DNA of 64,000 nt from Gammaproteobacteria bacterium (GTDB taxonomy: Bacteria > Pseudomonadota > Gammaproteobacteria > UBA5335 > SLRW01), in the NCBI GenBank assembly GCA_035638775.1, contig DASQZJ010000014.1:13119-77118 (forward strand), in the 5' to 3' direction. The position numbers and the translations under genes were made by a program. This document shows, piece after piece, positions 52,172 through 61,485 of this stretch. Below the pieces are notes generated by a model. It did no database searches. It was not told where the DNA came from and worked only from the letters and a program-made list of their open reading frames with translations. Position 1 is the first letter of the stretch; each line of letters begins with the position of its first letter.

Positions 52172-52350
52172 TTCTTATAGATCTTATAGTTATTAAGCTT
52201 TTAAGTTGTTAAGGGGGACCGGGGCGGATTCCGGCGCTGGCGTTCCGCGGGATTCCGTGTGCAGAGTCGTTCCGGGCAAGAATCTCGTGGACCGGAGGTG
52301 CACGATCCGGGTCCGAAGCGAAGTAAGCCTTAACAACTTAACAACTTGAA
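52172..52350. repeat. AT-rich inverted repeat enclosing a GC-rich ~113-nt core (element B)
   Basis: The left arm TTAAGCTTTTAAGTTGTTAAGG (52193-52214) pairs with the right arm CCTTAACAACTTAACAACTTGA (52328-52349; perfect 12-bp AAGTTGTTAAGG/CCTTAACAACTT). It is preceded by the direct repeat CTTATAGATCTTATAG. It lies between the convergent carboxylase alpha and pirin genes. Confidence 0.6.
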
Positions 52351-52362
52351 ACCGACCCCGCC

Positions 52363-53226
52363 TCAGGCCCCCCGCTTCGCCTCCCTCGCCAGCGTCCCGG
52401 TCCGGTAGTCCGCGAGCGCCTGCGCGATCTCCTCCCGGGTGTTCATCACGAACGGACCGTACTGGACCACCGGCTCGCCCAGGGGCTTCGCCGCAAGCAG
52501 CAGGAAGCGGGCACCGTGGTCACCGGCGGTGACCTCGACCAGGTCCCCGTCGCCCAGCAGGCCCGCCGATCCGGACGGTAGCCCGCGTCCCGTTCCGCCT
52601 GCGCCCACCGCGGCTTCGCCGTCCCACATGTACAGGAAGGCATTGTGACCGGCCGGAATCTCCTGGCGCAGCATGGCGCCGGCGTCGAGGGCCACATCCA
52701 GGAACAGCGGCTCGGTGCTGACGCCGTGCACCGCTCCCGTGAGCTCCCGCCAGGCGCCGGCGATGATCCTGGCGCGGCCGCCATCGAAAGTCGCTTCGGG
52801 GATCCCCTCCGGCGGGATGTCCCGGTAGGAGGGCGCTTTCATCTTCTCGCGCGCCGGCAGGTTGATCCAGAGCTGGAAGCCGTGCATGCGCCCGGACTCC
52901 TGCTGCGGCATCTCGGAGTGAATGATGCCGGCGGCGGCGGTCATCCACTGCACGCCGCCGCTGCGCAGGTCGCCGCGGTTGCCGAGGTGGTCCTCGTGCA
53001 GCATGTGGCCCTCGAGCATGTAGGTGACCGTCTCGAAGCCCCGGTGCGGATGCGGCGGGAACCCGGCGAGGTAGTCATCCGGGTCGTCGGAGGCGAACTC
53101 GTCCAGCATCAGGAACGGATCGAGTCGCGCTCCGTCCGACTGGCCGAGGCTCCGCCGGAGCCGGACGCCGGCGCCATCCGACGTGGCCATGCCGGTCACC
53201 ACGCGTGCGAGCTCGCGAGTCTTCAT
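52363..53226 (-). CDS. pirin-family protein
   Basis: 287 aa. GFPPHPHRGFETVTYMLEG, QWMTAAAGIIHSE and QLWINLP motifs. Confidence 0.92.
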   Translation of the reverse strand: MKTRELARVVTGMATSDGAGVRLRRSLGQSDGARLDPFLMLDEFASDDPDDYLAGFPPHPHRGFETVTYMLEGHMLHEDHLGNRGDLRSGGVQWMTAAAGIIHSEMPQQESGRMHGFQLWINLPAREKMKAPSYRDIPPEGIPEATFDGGRARIIAGAWRELTGAVHGVSTEPLFLDVALDAGAMLRQEIPAGHNAFLYMWDGEAAVGAGGTGRGLPSGSAGLLGDGDLVEVTAGDHGARFLLLAAKPLGEPVVQYGPFVMNTREEIAQALADYRTGTLAREAKRGA

Positions 53227-53289
53227 GGACTGCCTCCAGGGGGAACGCCGCCGGATCCATTCTACACCCGGCGGGCACCGCCGGAGCGA

Positions 53290-53880
53290 TCAGCTCCGGC
53301 CGTCGATATGACTGCCCACCAGGGTCTCGATCTCCGCCCAGGAATCGGCCCGCGGGCCGGGCAGCTGCCGGTTGGTGGAGTTGCTCACCACGATGGTGTG
53401 GTGCCCGCCCCGGCGCAACGCCCCGATGTTGGCGGGGCTGTCCTCGAGGTAGAGGTCGGCTCCGACGGCCCCCTTGTCGCGCATGAAGCACAGGTCCCAG
53501 TACGGGATGCCGTGGCGCTCGAGCCATTCCACGGTCTGTTCGACCGCCTCCTGGTGAAACCACGGGATGTAGAGCCGGTGGGTGATGATCCGGATGCGCA
53601 CGTCGCCGCGGGCCGAGATCCGCCGCAGCGCCGGCGGTGCGCCGGGCATGGGCGGAAGCCTGCGGAACAGCTCCCGGTGCTTGACCGCGAAACGGTGCAG
53701 CGCTTCGTAGCCGCCACAGGCTTCCAGGCCCCATTCCCGGAATCCGTAGCTGACCTCGTCGGTCAGCTGCGATATCCCGACCCCGAGCCACTCGGCGGCG
53801 ATCGGGCGCAGGCCGCCCACGAAGTCGGCCACTACGCCGTCCAGGTCGACGCCCAGCACGAATTGCTCTCGGTCAGCCAT
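53290..53880 (-). CDS. HAD-like 5'(3')-deoxyribonucleotidase family protein
   Basis: Last 196 aa of ORF 53290..54717, starting MADREQFVLGVDLDGVVADF (DxDxV motif I). Contains RIRIITHR and ADLYLEDSPAN blocks. Confidence 0.72.
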   Translation of the reverse strand: MADREQFVLGVDLDGVVADFVGGLRPIAAEWLGVGISQLTDEVSYGFREWGLEACGGYEALHRFAVKHRELFRRLPPMPGAPPALRRISARGDVRIRIITHRLYIPWFHQEAVEQTVEWLERHGIPYWDLCFMRDKGAVGADLYLEDSPANIGALRRGGHHTIVVSNSTNRQLPGPRADSWAEIETLVGSHIDGRS

Positions 53881-54003
53881 CGCACCACCCCGCCGTGACA
53901 GGCTCACACTACCCGGCGCCGAGTCGCACCGGCAAGCCGGCGGGGACTTGCCGCCCGGGCGTCGTGGCGGTACACTTTCCTCAGTTGTCGGACAACATAT
54001 GAG

Positions 54004-54747
54004 ATGACGATGACCGTCCACGATTTGCACGCACACCCCCGGTTCGACAGTCTCCCGCGGCGCCCGCGCCTGTCCCAGGAAGTTGCCCGCCGGATCAGCG
54101 AGCGCATCCGCGCCGAAGGGCTGGCGCCCGGGGACCAGTTGCCCACCGAGAGCCGCCTGGTCGAGGAGTTCGGGGTCAGCCGCAGCGTGGTTCGCGAAGC
54201 CGTCGCGCACCTGCGCTCGGAAGGGCTGGTGGAGGCGCACCAGGGCAAGGGCGTATTCGTCACAGACCCGGCCCGGCGCAAGGTGTTCAGGCTGGACGCG
54301 AACGCGTCCGGCCGTGCCCGGGACCTGCTGGCCATCTTCGAGCTGCGCCGCGAGGTCGAGACCGGCGCCGCCGGGCTGGCCGCGCGGCGCGCCGACGAGG
54401 CACAGCGCGAGCGCCTTCGGGACCTGGTCGCCGCGATGGCCGCAACCCAGGACGAGGCGACCTCGGCGGAGCTCGATATCGCGTTCCACGGCACCATCGC
54501 CGAGGCGACCGGGAACGCCTGCTACCGCGACTTCACCCAGTACCTCGACCGGCAGCTGCGCCTGGCGATCGAAGCCGCGCGCAAGCAGGCCGCCCTCGCC
54601 CCGGAACAGGCCGCCCGCATACTCGCCGAGCACCGCGCCGTCTGCGACGCGATCGTGAGCGGTCGCCCGAACAAGGCGCGCAAGGCGATGCGCGCACACC
54701 TGGACAACGTCGTGCAACGGCTGGGGCTGGAGGAAGCAGCGCGATGA
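54004..54747 (+). CDS. GntR/FadR-family transcriptional regulator (FCD domain)
   Basis: 247 aa. LPTESRLVEEFGVSRSVVREAVAHLRSEGLVEAHQGKGVFV winged HTH and an FCD-like helical C-domain. Confidence 0.88.
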   Translation: MTMTVHDLHAHPRFDSLPRRPRLSQEVARRISERIRAEGLAPGDQLPTESRLVEEFGVSRSVVREAVAHLRSEGLVEAHQGKGVFVTDPARRKVFRLDANASGRARDLLAIFELRREVETGAAGLAARRADEAQRERLRDLVAAMAATQDEATSAELDIAFHGTIAEATGNACYRDFTQYLDRQLRLAIEAARKQAALAPEQAARILAEHRAVCDAIVSGRPNKARKAMRAHLDNVVQRLGLEEAAR

Positions 54748-55127
54748 CCGGTGCCTTCACCCTGCTGCTGGTCTTCCAGCTGGGCGGCATGGCGGTGACC
54801 CGCCTGACGGGCGCGCCGGTGCCCGGGACGGTGGTCGGGTTCCTGCTGCTGTTCCTGGGGCTGATCGCCGTTGGCGGACCGGGGCGGCGGCTCCACCGGG
54901 CGGCGTCGACCCTGCTCGATAACCTGGCCCTGCTGTTCGTGCCCGTGGCCGTCGGGGTGGTCAACCAGCTGCCGCTGCTGGCGCGCGACTGGGGCCCCCT
55001 TGCGCTTGCGCTGGTGGTCAGCCAGGTCCTCGGCATGATTGCCACCGCGCTCACCATGAAGCTCCTGATGTCGCTCATCCGGCGACGGCCGGCCCGCGGG
55101 GCCGTACCCGAAACCTCCAACGCCTGA
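54744..55127 (+). CDS. lrgA: CidA/LrgA-family membrane protein
   Basis: 127 aa with four TM helices. LLFVPVAVGV motif. The start overlaps the GntR stop (ATGA). Confidence 0.85.
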   Translation: MTGAFTLLLVFQLGGMAVTRLTGAPVPGTVVGFLLLFLGLIAVGGPGRRLHRAASTLLDNLALLFVPVAVGVVNQLPLLARDWGPLALALVVSQVLGMIATALTMKLLMSLIRRRPARGAVPETSNA

Positions 55128-55137
55128 CGCCCCGACA

Positions 55138-55848
55138 ATGATCGAGCAACTGCTGCACGCCCCCGCCTTCTGGCTGGCGGCCACGCTGGGCATCTATCTC
55201 GGCGCGACCCGGCTCTTCCTGGCGTCGCGTCGGTTCGCCCTGCTCAATCCGGTGCTGCTCACGGTGACGCTGCTTGCCATCCTGCTCTGGCTTACCGGTA
55301 CGCCCTACGCGCGGTACGAGTCGGGGGCGCACCTGGTGGGATTCCTGCTGGGTCCGGCCACGGTCGCCCTGGCGATTCCGCTCTACCAGAGCCGGGACCT
55401 GCTGCGTCGCACCTGGCTGCCGCTGGCCGGCGGGCTCGTCGCCGGATCACTGGTGACGGTGCTCTCGGTGGTCGCGATCGGCCACTGGCTCGGCCTGTCG
55501 CGGCCGGTGCTGCTCGCGCTCGCTCCCAAGGCGGTCACCACCCCGATCGCCCTCGGCATCACGGCGAAGCTCGGCGGTGCGACCTCCCTGGTCGCCGTGT
55601 TCACCGTCGTCACCGGGGTTACCGGGGCCACCATCGGTCTCGCGATGCTGCGCCTGATCCGCGTCCACGACGACGAGACCGCCGGCTTCGCCATGGGTCT
55701 CTCCGGCTCCGGGATCGGCACCGCCCGGGCTTTCGAGGAAAGCGAGCGAATGGGCGCTTTCGGCGGGCTGGCGGTGGGCCTGAACGGCCTGTTCACGGCC
55801 GTCGTCCTGCCACTGCTGATGCACTGGCACCTGCTGCCTCTGCGCTGA
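55138..55848 (+). CDS. lrgB: LrgB-family membrane protein
   Basis: 236 aa. LLGPATVALAIPLY, LAPKAVTTPIA and TGVTGA motifs. Confidence 0.88.
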   Translation: MIEQLLHAPAFWLAATLGIYLGATRLFLASRRFALLNPVLLTVTLLAILLWLTGTPYARYESGAHLVGFLLGPATVALAIPLYQSRDLLRRTWLPLAGGLVAGSLVTVLSVVAIGHWLGLSRPVLLALAPKAVTTPIALGITAKLGGATSLVAVFTVVTGVTGATIGLAMLRLIRVHDDETAGFAMGLSGSGIGTARAFEESERMGAFGGLAVGLNGLFTAVVLPLLMHWHLLPLR

Positions 55849-55973
55849 ACCGAACCCGCCCCGCCAGCGACTCATTCCGAACGATGGTGCCGGCCCGCGG
55901 TCGTAAAAATACGAAGCATGTGCAACCAGGGCGGGCGCTGACGGCCCGCCGGAGGGGGGAAGGAGGAATCATC

Positions 55974-56564
55974 ATGGCGACGCCGACCGGGAAGACGTGG
56001 GACCTGCCCACGCGGGCACTGCACTGGGCGCTGGCCGTCACCATCACCGTGCAGATGGTCGACAGCTTCTTCATCGACGCGTCCGGAACGCGGGCCTTCT
56101 TTTACGTGCACGAGGCGATCGGCCTGCTCGCGGGGCTGATCATCCTGCTGCACTGGCTGTGGAGCTTCGCCAATTTCGATATCCGCCTGCTGTTTCCCTG
56201 GTCGGGGGACGGCTGGGAGACCGTCAAGGCCGAGGCACACGACCTGCTTCGCGGCAGGCTGCCGGCGGGGGGACGCGAGGCCGGCCTGTCCAGCTTCGTG
56301 CACGGGCTCGGGCTGCTCGCGGTCACCGCCATGGGGCTGACCGGTTTCTTCATCTTCCTGGTCGTGCCGGGCGGTCGCGGCGCAATGGCGCACTCCACGC
56401 ACTACGAGGCCTTCACCGACCTGTCCGCGGTACACGCCTTCTTCTCCTGGTTCGTCTGGATCTACCTGGGCGGCCATGTGGGCAGCGCCCTGGTCCATCT
56501 GTTCCGGCGCGAGCCCGTCTTTTCCGAGATGTTTCTCAACGGCGGGGCGGCGGAGCACGGCTGA
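55974..56564 (+). CDS. cytochrome b561-family membrane protein
   Basis: ORF 55884..56564, start moved to MATPTGKTWDLPTRALHWALAV (SD AGGAGGA). Four TM helices with conserved His (HWAL, HEAIG, HGLG, GHVG). Confidence 0.72.
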   Translation: MATPTGKTWDLPTRALHWALAVTITVQMVDSFFIDASGTRAFFYVHEAIGLLAGLIILLHWLWSFANFDIRLLFPWSGDGWETVKAEAHDLLRGRLPAGGREAGLSSFVHGLGLLAVTAMGLTGFFIFLVVPGGRGAMAHSTHYEAFTDLSAVHAFFSWFVWIYLGGHVGSALVHLFRREPVFSEMFLNGGAAEHG

Positions 56565-56575
56565 ACCGACGGCGA

Positions 56576-57433
56576 TCAGCGAGAGGCGGGCGGCGGCGGG
56601 ATCCCGAACAGGGAGTCGAGCGCGCGCACGAGCCCGCGCGAGCCGCGCCAGGCGAGCCACGCGAAACCCAGCGGCAGCACGACCACTTCCAGCAGGAAGA
56701 TGCCGACCATGCGCGCCACCTGCTCGACGATCCGGTCGAATCCCTGTTTCAGCGTCTCGAGCGCCTGGCGCACGCGCGTGAGCACCTTCGCCTGGTCCTG
56801 AAGCTGGTCCACGACGGAGCCGCGCTCCTCCCGGGTCCGGGCGATCTCCTGCACCCCGCTGGTCTGGGCGTGCAGGGCCCGGGACGCATCGTCCAGCGGA
56901 CCGGACAGTGCGGCGAGGTACACGCCCTGCGACGCCAGCACCACCAGCACGGGCGCGAACCGGATCAGCATCGCGACCCCGAAGACCCGCACCGCCACGC
57001 GGCCGGATGCCCCCGCCCCGCCCCGCCTGCCGGACAGCACCAGCACCGGCAGCGCCAGGACCGACAGGGCGATCTTGACCGTCAGCGCGGACATCAGTGC
57101 CAGCAGGACCTTCTCGGCCGCGAGCACCGCCAGCGCACCGAACAGCACCCAGGTGAAACGCTCCAGCAGGTCGTCCAGGGGCTCGAGAACCGCGCCCGCG
57201 GCGACCACGGCGCCGACCCCGAAGGGCTCCACCTGGATCTCGGTGCCCTTGACCACGGCGATCGCCGCGTTGACCGCCCGGGCGCCGACGAATACGCTCA
57301 CGCCCTCGCGGATGGAGCGATCCAGGTAGCGCGTGCCCGTCCCGGTGAGCGGCTGCGCCCAGGCGATCGCCACCAGCGCCAGCACCACGATCACCCGCGT
57401 CACCCGTCCCCGGCGCGATTCAGGGATGGCCAA
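56576..57433 (-). CDS. hypothetical membrane protein
   Basis: 285 aa. Several hydrophobic helices plus a charged helical segment (EIARTREERGSVVDQLQDQAKVLTRVRQALETLKQG). Overlaps the upstream SDR gene by 14 bp. No family recognised. Confidence 0.6.
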   Translation of the reverse strand: MAIPESRRGRVTRVIVVLALVAIAWAQPLTGTGTRYLDRSIREGVSVFVGARAVNAAIAVVKGTEIQVEPFGVGAVVAAGAVLEPLDDLLERFTWVLFGALAVLAAEKVLLALMSALTVKIALSVLALPVLVLSGRRGGAGASGRVAVRVFGVAMLIRFAPVLVVLASQGVYLAALSGPLDDASRALHAQTSGVQEIARTREERGSVVDQLQDQAKVLTRVRQALETLKQGFDRIVEQVARMVGIFLLEVVVLPLGFAWLAWRGSRGLVRALDSLFGIPPPPASR

Positions 57434-58274
57434 GCCCGCCCCCTTCGCGCGCCACGCCGGAGACCTGCGTGGCCCGGATCTGGCGGTCCATCACCCATTG
57501 CACGACGCCCGGGGCCAGGCGCTGCATCCACCAGGTGAAGCGGCCGCCCCAGCCGGGGATGATCATGAACCGGTTCCGGGCCAGCCCCCGCATCAGCTCG
57601 CGCGCCACGCCGTCCGCCTCCATCAGTCCCGCCCCGCCGGAGATCGCCCGGGTCTCGCGCGGCTTGGTCACGTTTTCCTGGGCGAAGCCGGGGGTGTCGG
57701 TATCCGGCGGGCAGAGCACCGAGACCCGGATGCCATGCGGCCGGAGCTCGCTCCTCAGTGCCTGCGACAGGCCGACCAGGCCGAACTTGGAGGCGCAATA
57801 GTCGGTCAGGCCGTACACGCCGACGAAGCCGGCAACCGAGGACGTGTTGACCAGGTGGCCACGGCCGGCCTCCAGCATCGCCGGAAGCACCGCCTTGATC
57901 ACGCGGAATGTGCCGTGGAGGTTGGTGCGGAGCACGAACTCGAACTGCTCCGGCGTCACCTCGGTCACCCGCCGCGGGCGCGCCAGGCCCGCGCAGTTGA
58001 CCAGCAGGTCGGGGGCACCCTGCGAGCGGTTCAGCTCGCCCAGGACCGCCTCCACCGCCGCGCCGTCGGTGACGTCGAGAACATGCCCCTGCACGGTGCG
58101 CTCCGGTACGGGCCGGACCGCCGCGAGCTCCGCCGTGGCCACGGAAAGGCGGTCGGGATCCCGGCCGAAGATGTGCACGTCGGCGCCCCCGGCGACCAGC
58201 CTCCGGGCCACGGCCAGGCCGATGCCGCTGGAGCCCCCGGTGACGTAGCAGGTGCGATAGCGGGGTTGCTTCAT
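57420..58274 (-). CDS. SDR-family oxidoreductase
   Basis: 284 aa. TGGSSGIGLAVA cofactor motif, NCAG and catalytic YCASK. Confidence 0.88.
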   Translation of the reverse strand: MKQPRYRTCYVTGGSSGIGLAVARRLVAGGADVHIFGRDPDRLSVATAELAAVRPVPERTVQGHVLDVTDGAAVEAVLGELNRSQGAPDLLVNCAGLARPRRVTEVTPEQFEFVLRTNLHGTFRVIKAVLPAMLEAGRGHLVNTSSVAGFVGVYGLTDYCASKFGLVGLSQALRSELRPHGIRVSVLCPPDTDTPGFAQENVTKPRETRAISGGAGLMEADGVARELMRGLARNRFMIIPGWGGRFTWWMQRLAPGVVQWVMDRQIRATQVSGVAREGGGLGHP

Positions 58275-58559
58275 AGATCCTCCGCGCGCACGGACCCTGC
58301 CGGCGCGTCTCCCTGCGAACCGCCGGACCCCAGGTACACGGCGGGGCTGCGTGGCCTGGCGCCACGGAATACTGCGCGCACGGGATGTCGGGCTGGCGCG
58401 GCGCGGACCCGGCTGCCCGATTCTTGCCGGCCATTTTCACCCTGCGCCGGCGCCGAAGGCCAGCCCCTTATCGGGGGTGACGCAGACAGCCGGCCGGGGG
58501 ATGCGAGCCACAGCGGACGACCGGCATGCCGCCGGCCGTCCGCCGCGCGGTAAACGGTC

Positions 58560-60824
58560 CTATGGCCCGGTCCAGTCCCCCGCGTAGCAGGGATCAGCGC
58601 CGCAGGGGTCAATCACCGCGCCACCGATGCGCAGGAACGCCGCCGCCTGCCGTTGTGCCGTCAACGTGCGCCGCGGCGCCTCGTGCGGATCCACGCCGGC
58701 GCTGTCGGGGATGTTCTCCACCGGCGGAGGCGCGGTGCCGAGGATCGTGCCATCGCGTTCGCGCACCGGCCCGGTATCCCACACGAACAGGGCGTTGCCG
58801 CGGTAGGGGTAGCGCCAGATGCGGTCGACGCCCCAGAACGGGTGGTCCTCGTTGCCGCGGCCGGGATCCAGGATCGGCGTCCGCACCGCGGCACCGATGG
58901 TCCGGGCCTCGACCTCCGCCGACCAGTTGCTCACCTGATGGTCACCGTAGCCGATCTGCATGAGCACCCGGTGCCGCGGCGTATCCGGCAACGGATCGCC
59001 GGTCATGTGCCAGGCATAGCCATCCGCCTCGCCGCGGTCCCACAGCATCTGCATCAGGTCCAGGACCAGCGGGGTCTCGAGGCGATCCGGGTAGCTGCCG
59101 TAGAGGTAGTACAGGTACGCCGACCCGTCCACGCTGCGCCGGATCAGGGTGCTGTAGTTCATCCCGGTCACGCCCAGCACGGCGCGCGTGAAGTCCGGCG
59201 CCACCGCGGTCAGCGAGCCGCCCATGATGCCGCCCTGGCTGTTGCCGTAATAGAACGCCCGCCGGGTATCGATCGTCGACTGCCCGCCGAAGCGGAAGGC
59301 GTCACTGGAGCTGAACCCCTGCGGATGGATCATGGCCCGCGCCAGGTACAGGAAGTCCAGCATCCCCTGCTGAGCGCGGTCGACCACCGTGGACCAGTGG
59401 CCGATGTTCATCAGCCCCGCGACCGCATTCGACACGTCCTGGTCGGACATGCCGATCCAGTTGGTGGCGCAGAACATGATGTCGTTGCGATCGCCCTGGG
59501 TGGCCAGGTACTCGTTGTTGACCTCGCCATCGCTGCCGAACAGTCCGTGCCCGTAAAGCACCGCGCGCGCGGGGCGCACCCCGGTGACCTGCCCGGCGCC
59601 GTCAGTCGTCACCGCCGAGCGCGGGATGTTGCAGATGAAATCGGCCTGGTAGACGTTGCCCGGGATCCGTTGCGGCTCGTCGCTGCCGGGGGCGAAGCTG
59701 AAGCCTGCCCCGGCCGGACATCCGGGCTGGTCCAGGTAGCACGGGACGGTCAGCGTGCCCTCGACCCGCCGGATCGTGGCGTCATTCTGGCCGGCCTGGC
59801 AACCGCTGGTTCCGCAGGGCGCAAAATCGGTCACGCTCGTGACCGTGAATGCGGGGCTCTCGCCGTCGACGGTGAGGTCGGACAGGTCGTCGTCGCCGAG
59901 CGCCGCGAAGGCGCGGTCGCGGATCGAGAGCATGCGACCGGCCAGGCTGTGCTCGCTCGCCACGGTGAAATCCCACGCCAGGTAAAGGTGCCGACGCGGG
60001 ATGCCGTTGCGCTGCAGGGTATGCAGCAGGCGCTCCATGTGCGCGCGGCGGGCCTCCACCACGGGGTCGTCGGTCGGGATCCGGTCGCGGTACACGCGGA
60101 ATAGCAGCGGTGCCTGCAGGCGCTTGCCATCCGCCCCCACGAGGTTCCTCAGTGCCACAACGTAGCGGTGCCCCTCGCGAAAATTGACCGCCGGGCGGAT
60201 GATCAGGGCCGTGCGGTCGGGCGGCGGCGGGGATCCGCTCTGGGTCGGCTGCCCGTTCAGCAGCTCGACCGAGCGCGACCGATCGAGCTCCTCCCACACG
60301 GGCCAACGCCGGCCGGTGGTGGTGTCGAGTACCACGACGGAGGCGTTGGGCCCGCCGTCGTCACCCAGCTGGTTGGCCGCGACGAAGTCGTTCGCCGCAT
60401 AGGCCGCCGGCGTGTCCAACCCGGGAATACGCACCGCCAGCGCCGAACCGGGGCTGAAGCCGTCGGCCCGGTTCCAGTCGGTCGGGTCTGCATGCAGCCC
60501 CTGCGCATTGGCGGGCATCGAAGCCTGCACGATGTGCACCCGGCGGCCCGTGGGCGTCGCCGCGTCTGCCCGGGTGAAGTAGTCGTTGGGGAACGGGTAC
60601 AGGCACACCGGCCCGTCCATGAAGTCGCAGCGTGACGCCGCCGCGTCGTCGATGTCCAGATGCAGCATCCGGTGGTGCGCACGGTAAGCGTGCAGGCCGC
60701 CGTGGTGCCAATCGCTCGATGCGCGCCCGCGGTCTCCGTGACGCGCGTGGGCCGCCGGTGCGAGCGCCAGCGCGGCCGCCACGAGGACGGCCGCCAGCAG
60801 GCTTGCGGTTGTGTTGCGGGTCAT
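58560..60824 (-). CDS. large secreted alpha/beta-hydrolase-like protein (family not recognised)
   Basis: ORF 58560..61253, start moved to MTRNTTASLLAAVLVAAALALAPAAHA (signal peptide, SD GGGAGGAG). GxSxG-type elbow YYGNSQGGIMGG and a candidate catalytic His in GYGDHQVSNW. Confidence 0.72.
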   Translation of the reverse strand: MTRNTTASLLAAVLVAAALALAPAAHARHGDRGRASSDWHHGGLHAYRAHHRMLHLDIDDAAASRCDFMDGPVCLYPFPNDYFTRADAATPTGRRVHIVQASMPANAQGLHADPTDWNRADGFSPGSALAVRIPGLDTPAAYAANDFVAANQLGDDGGPNASVVVLDTTTGRRWPVWEELDRSRSVELLNGQPTQSGSPPPPDRTALIIRPAVNFREGHRYVVALRNLVGADGKRLQAPLLFRVYRDRIPTDDPVVEARRAHMERLLHTLQRNGIPRRHLYLAWDFTVASEHSLAGRMLSIRDRAFAALGDDDLSDLTVDGESPAFTVTSVTDFAPCGTSGCQAGQNDATIRRVEGTLTVPCYLDQPGCPAGAGFSFAPGSDEPQRIPGNVYQADFICNIPRSAVTTDGAGQVTGVRPARAVLYGHGLFGSDGEVNNEYLATQGDRNDIMFCATNWIGMSDQDVSNAVAGLMNIGHWSTVVDRAQQGMLDFLYLARAMIHPQGFSSSDAFRFGGQSTIDTRRAFYYGNSQGGIMGGSLTAVAPDFTRAVLGVTGMNYSTLIRRSVDGSAYLYYLYGSYPDRLETPLVLDLMQMLWDRGEADGYAWHMTGDPLPDTPRHRVLMQIGYGDHQVSNWSAEVEARTIGAAVRTPILDPGRGNEDHPFWGVDRIWRYPYRGNALFVWDTGPVRERDGTILGTAPPPVENIPDSAGVDPHEAPRRTLTAQRQAAAFLRIGGAVIDPCGADPCYAGDWTGP

Positions 60825-61023
60825 TGGCAACTCCTCCCTGAGATATTTCTTAGTCCGCCTAACTGTTTTAGCAGAGAATCGCGCACCCGGCCTGCCGGAT
60901 GGCAGCCGCCGTTGCAAGAGCGGCAGGCTGCGGGTTGAATGGGGGACATGGCGGACTCCCCCGGCACCGCGCCGGGGGGCGGCAGGAATCCCGAACATCC
61001 GGACATCGCAAGGAGACCCGCGC

Positions 61024-61464
61024 ATGGAATACCTGCACACGATGCTGCGCATCAGTGACCCCGACCGGACCCTGGACTTCTTCTGCGACAAGCTGGGCAT
61101 GGTCGAGATGTACCGCACGGACGTCGAGAAGGGACGCTTCACGCTGATCTTCCTGGCCGCGCCCGACGACGTGGAGCGGGCACGCGAGAACAAGGCTCCC
61201 ATGGTGGAGCTCACCTGGAACTGGGACCCGGAAGAGCTCGGCGGCGGGCGCAACTTCGGTCACCTCGCCTACCGGGTGGACGACATCTACGCGACCTGCC
61301 GGAAGCTGATGGACGCCGGCGTCACCATCAACCGCCCGCCGCGCGACGGTCGCATGGCCTTCGTCCGCAGCCCCGACGGCATCTCCATCGAGCTGCTGCA
61401 GAAGGGCGAAGCGCTGCAGCCGCGCGAGCCCTGGGCGTCGATGGACAATACCGGCACCTGGTAG
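61024..61464 (+). CDS. gloA: lactoylglutathione lyase (glyoxalase I)
   Basis: ORF 60811..61464, start moved to MEYLHTMLRISDPDRTLDFF. Contains ELTWNWD, FGHLAY and ISIELLQ motifs. Confidence 0.92.
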   Translation: MEYLHTMLRISDPDRTLDFFCDKLGMVEMYRTDVEKGRFTLIFLAAPDDVERARENKAPMVELTWNWDPEELGGGRNFGHLAYRVDDIYATCRKLMDAGVTINRPPRDGRMAFVRSPDGISIELLQKGEALQPREPWASMDNTGTW

Positions 61465-61485
61465 GCCGGGCGCGCAGGCCGACCC

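Noticed and set aside
60825-61253. 143-aa N-terminal extension of the secreted hydrolase ORF
   Set aside because: The extension overlaps gloA on the opposite strand and has junk composition. The internal ATG at 60824 has a strong SD and is followed by a classical signal peptide.
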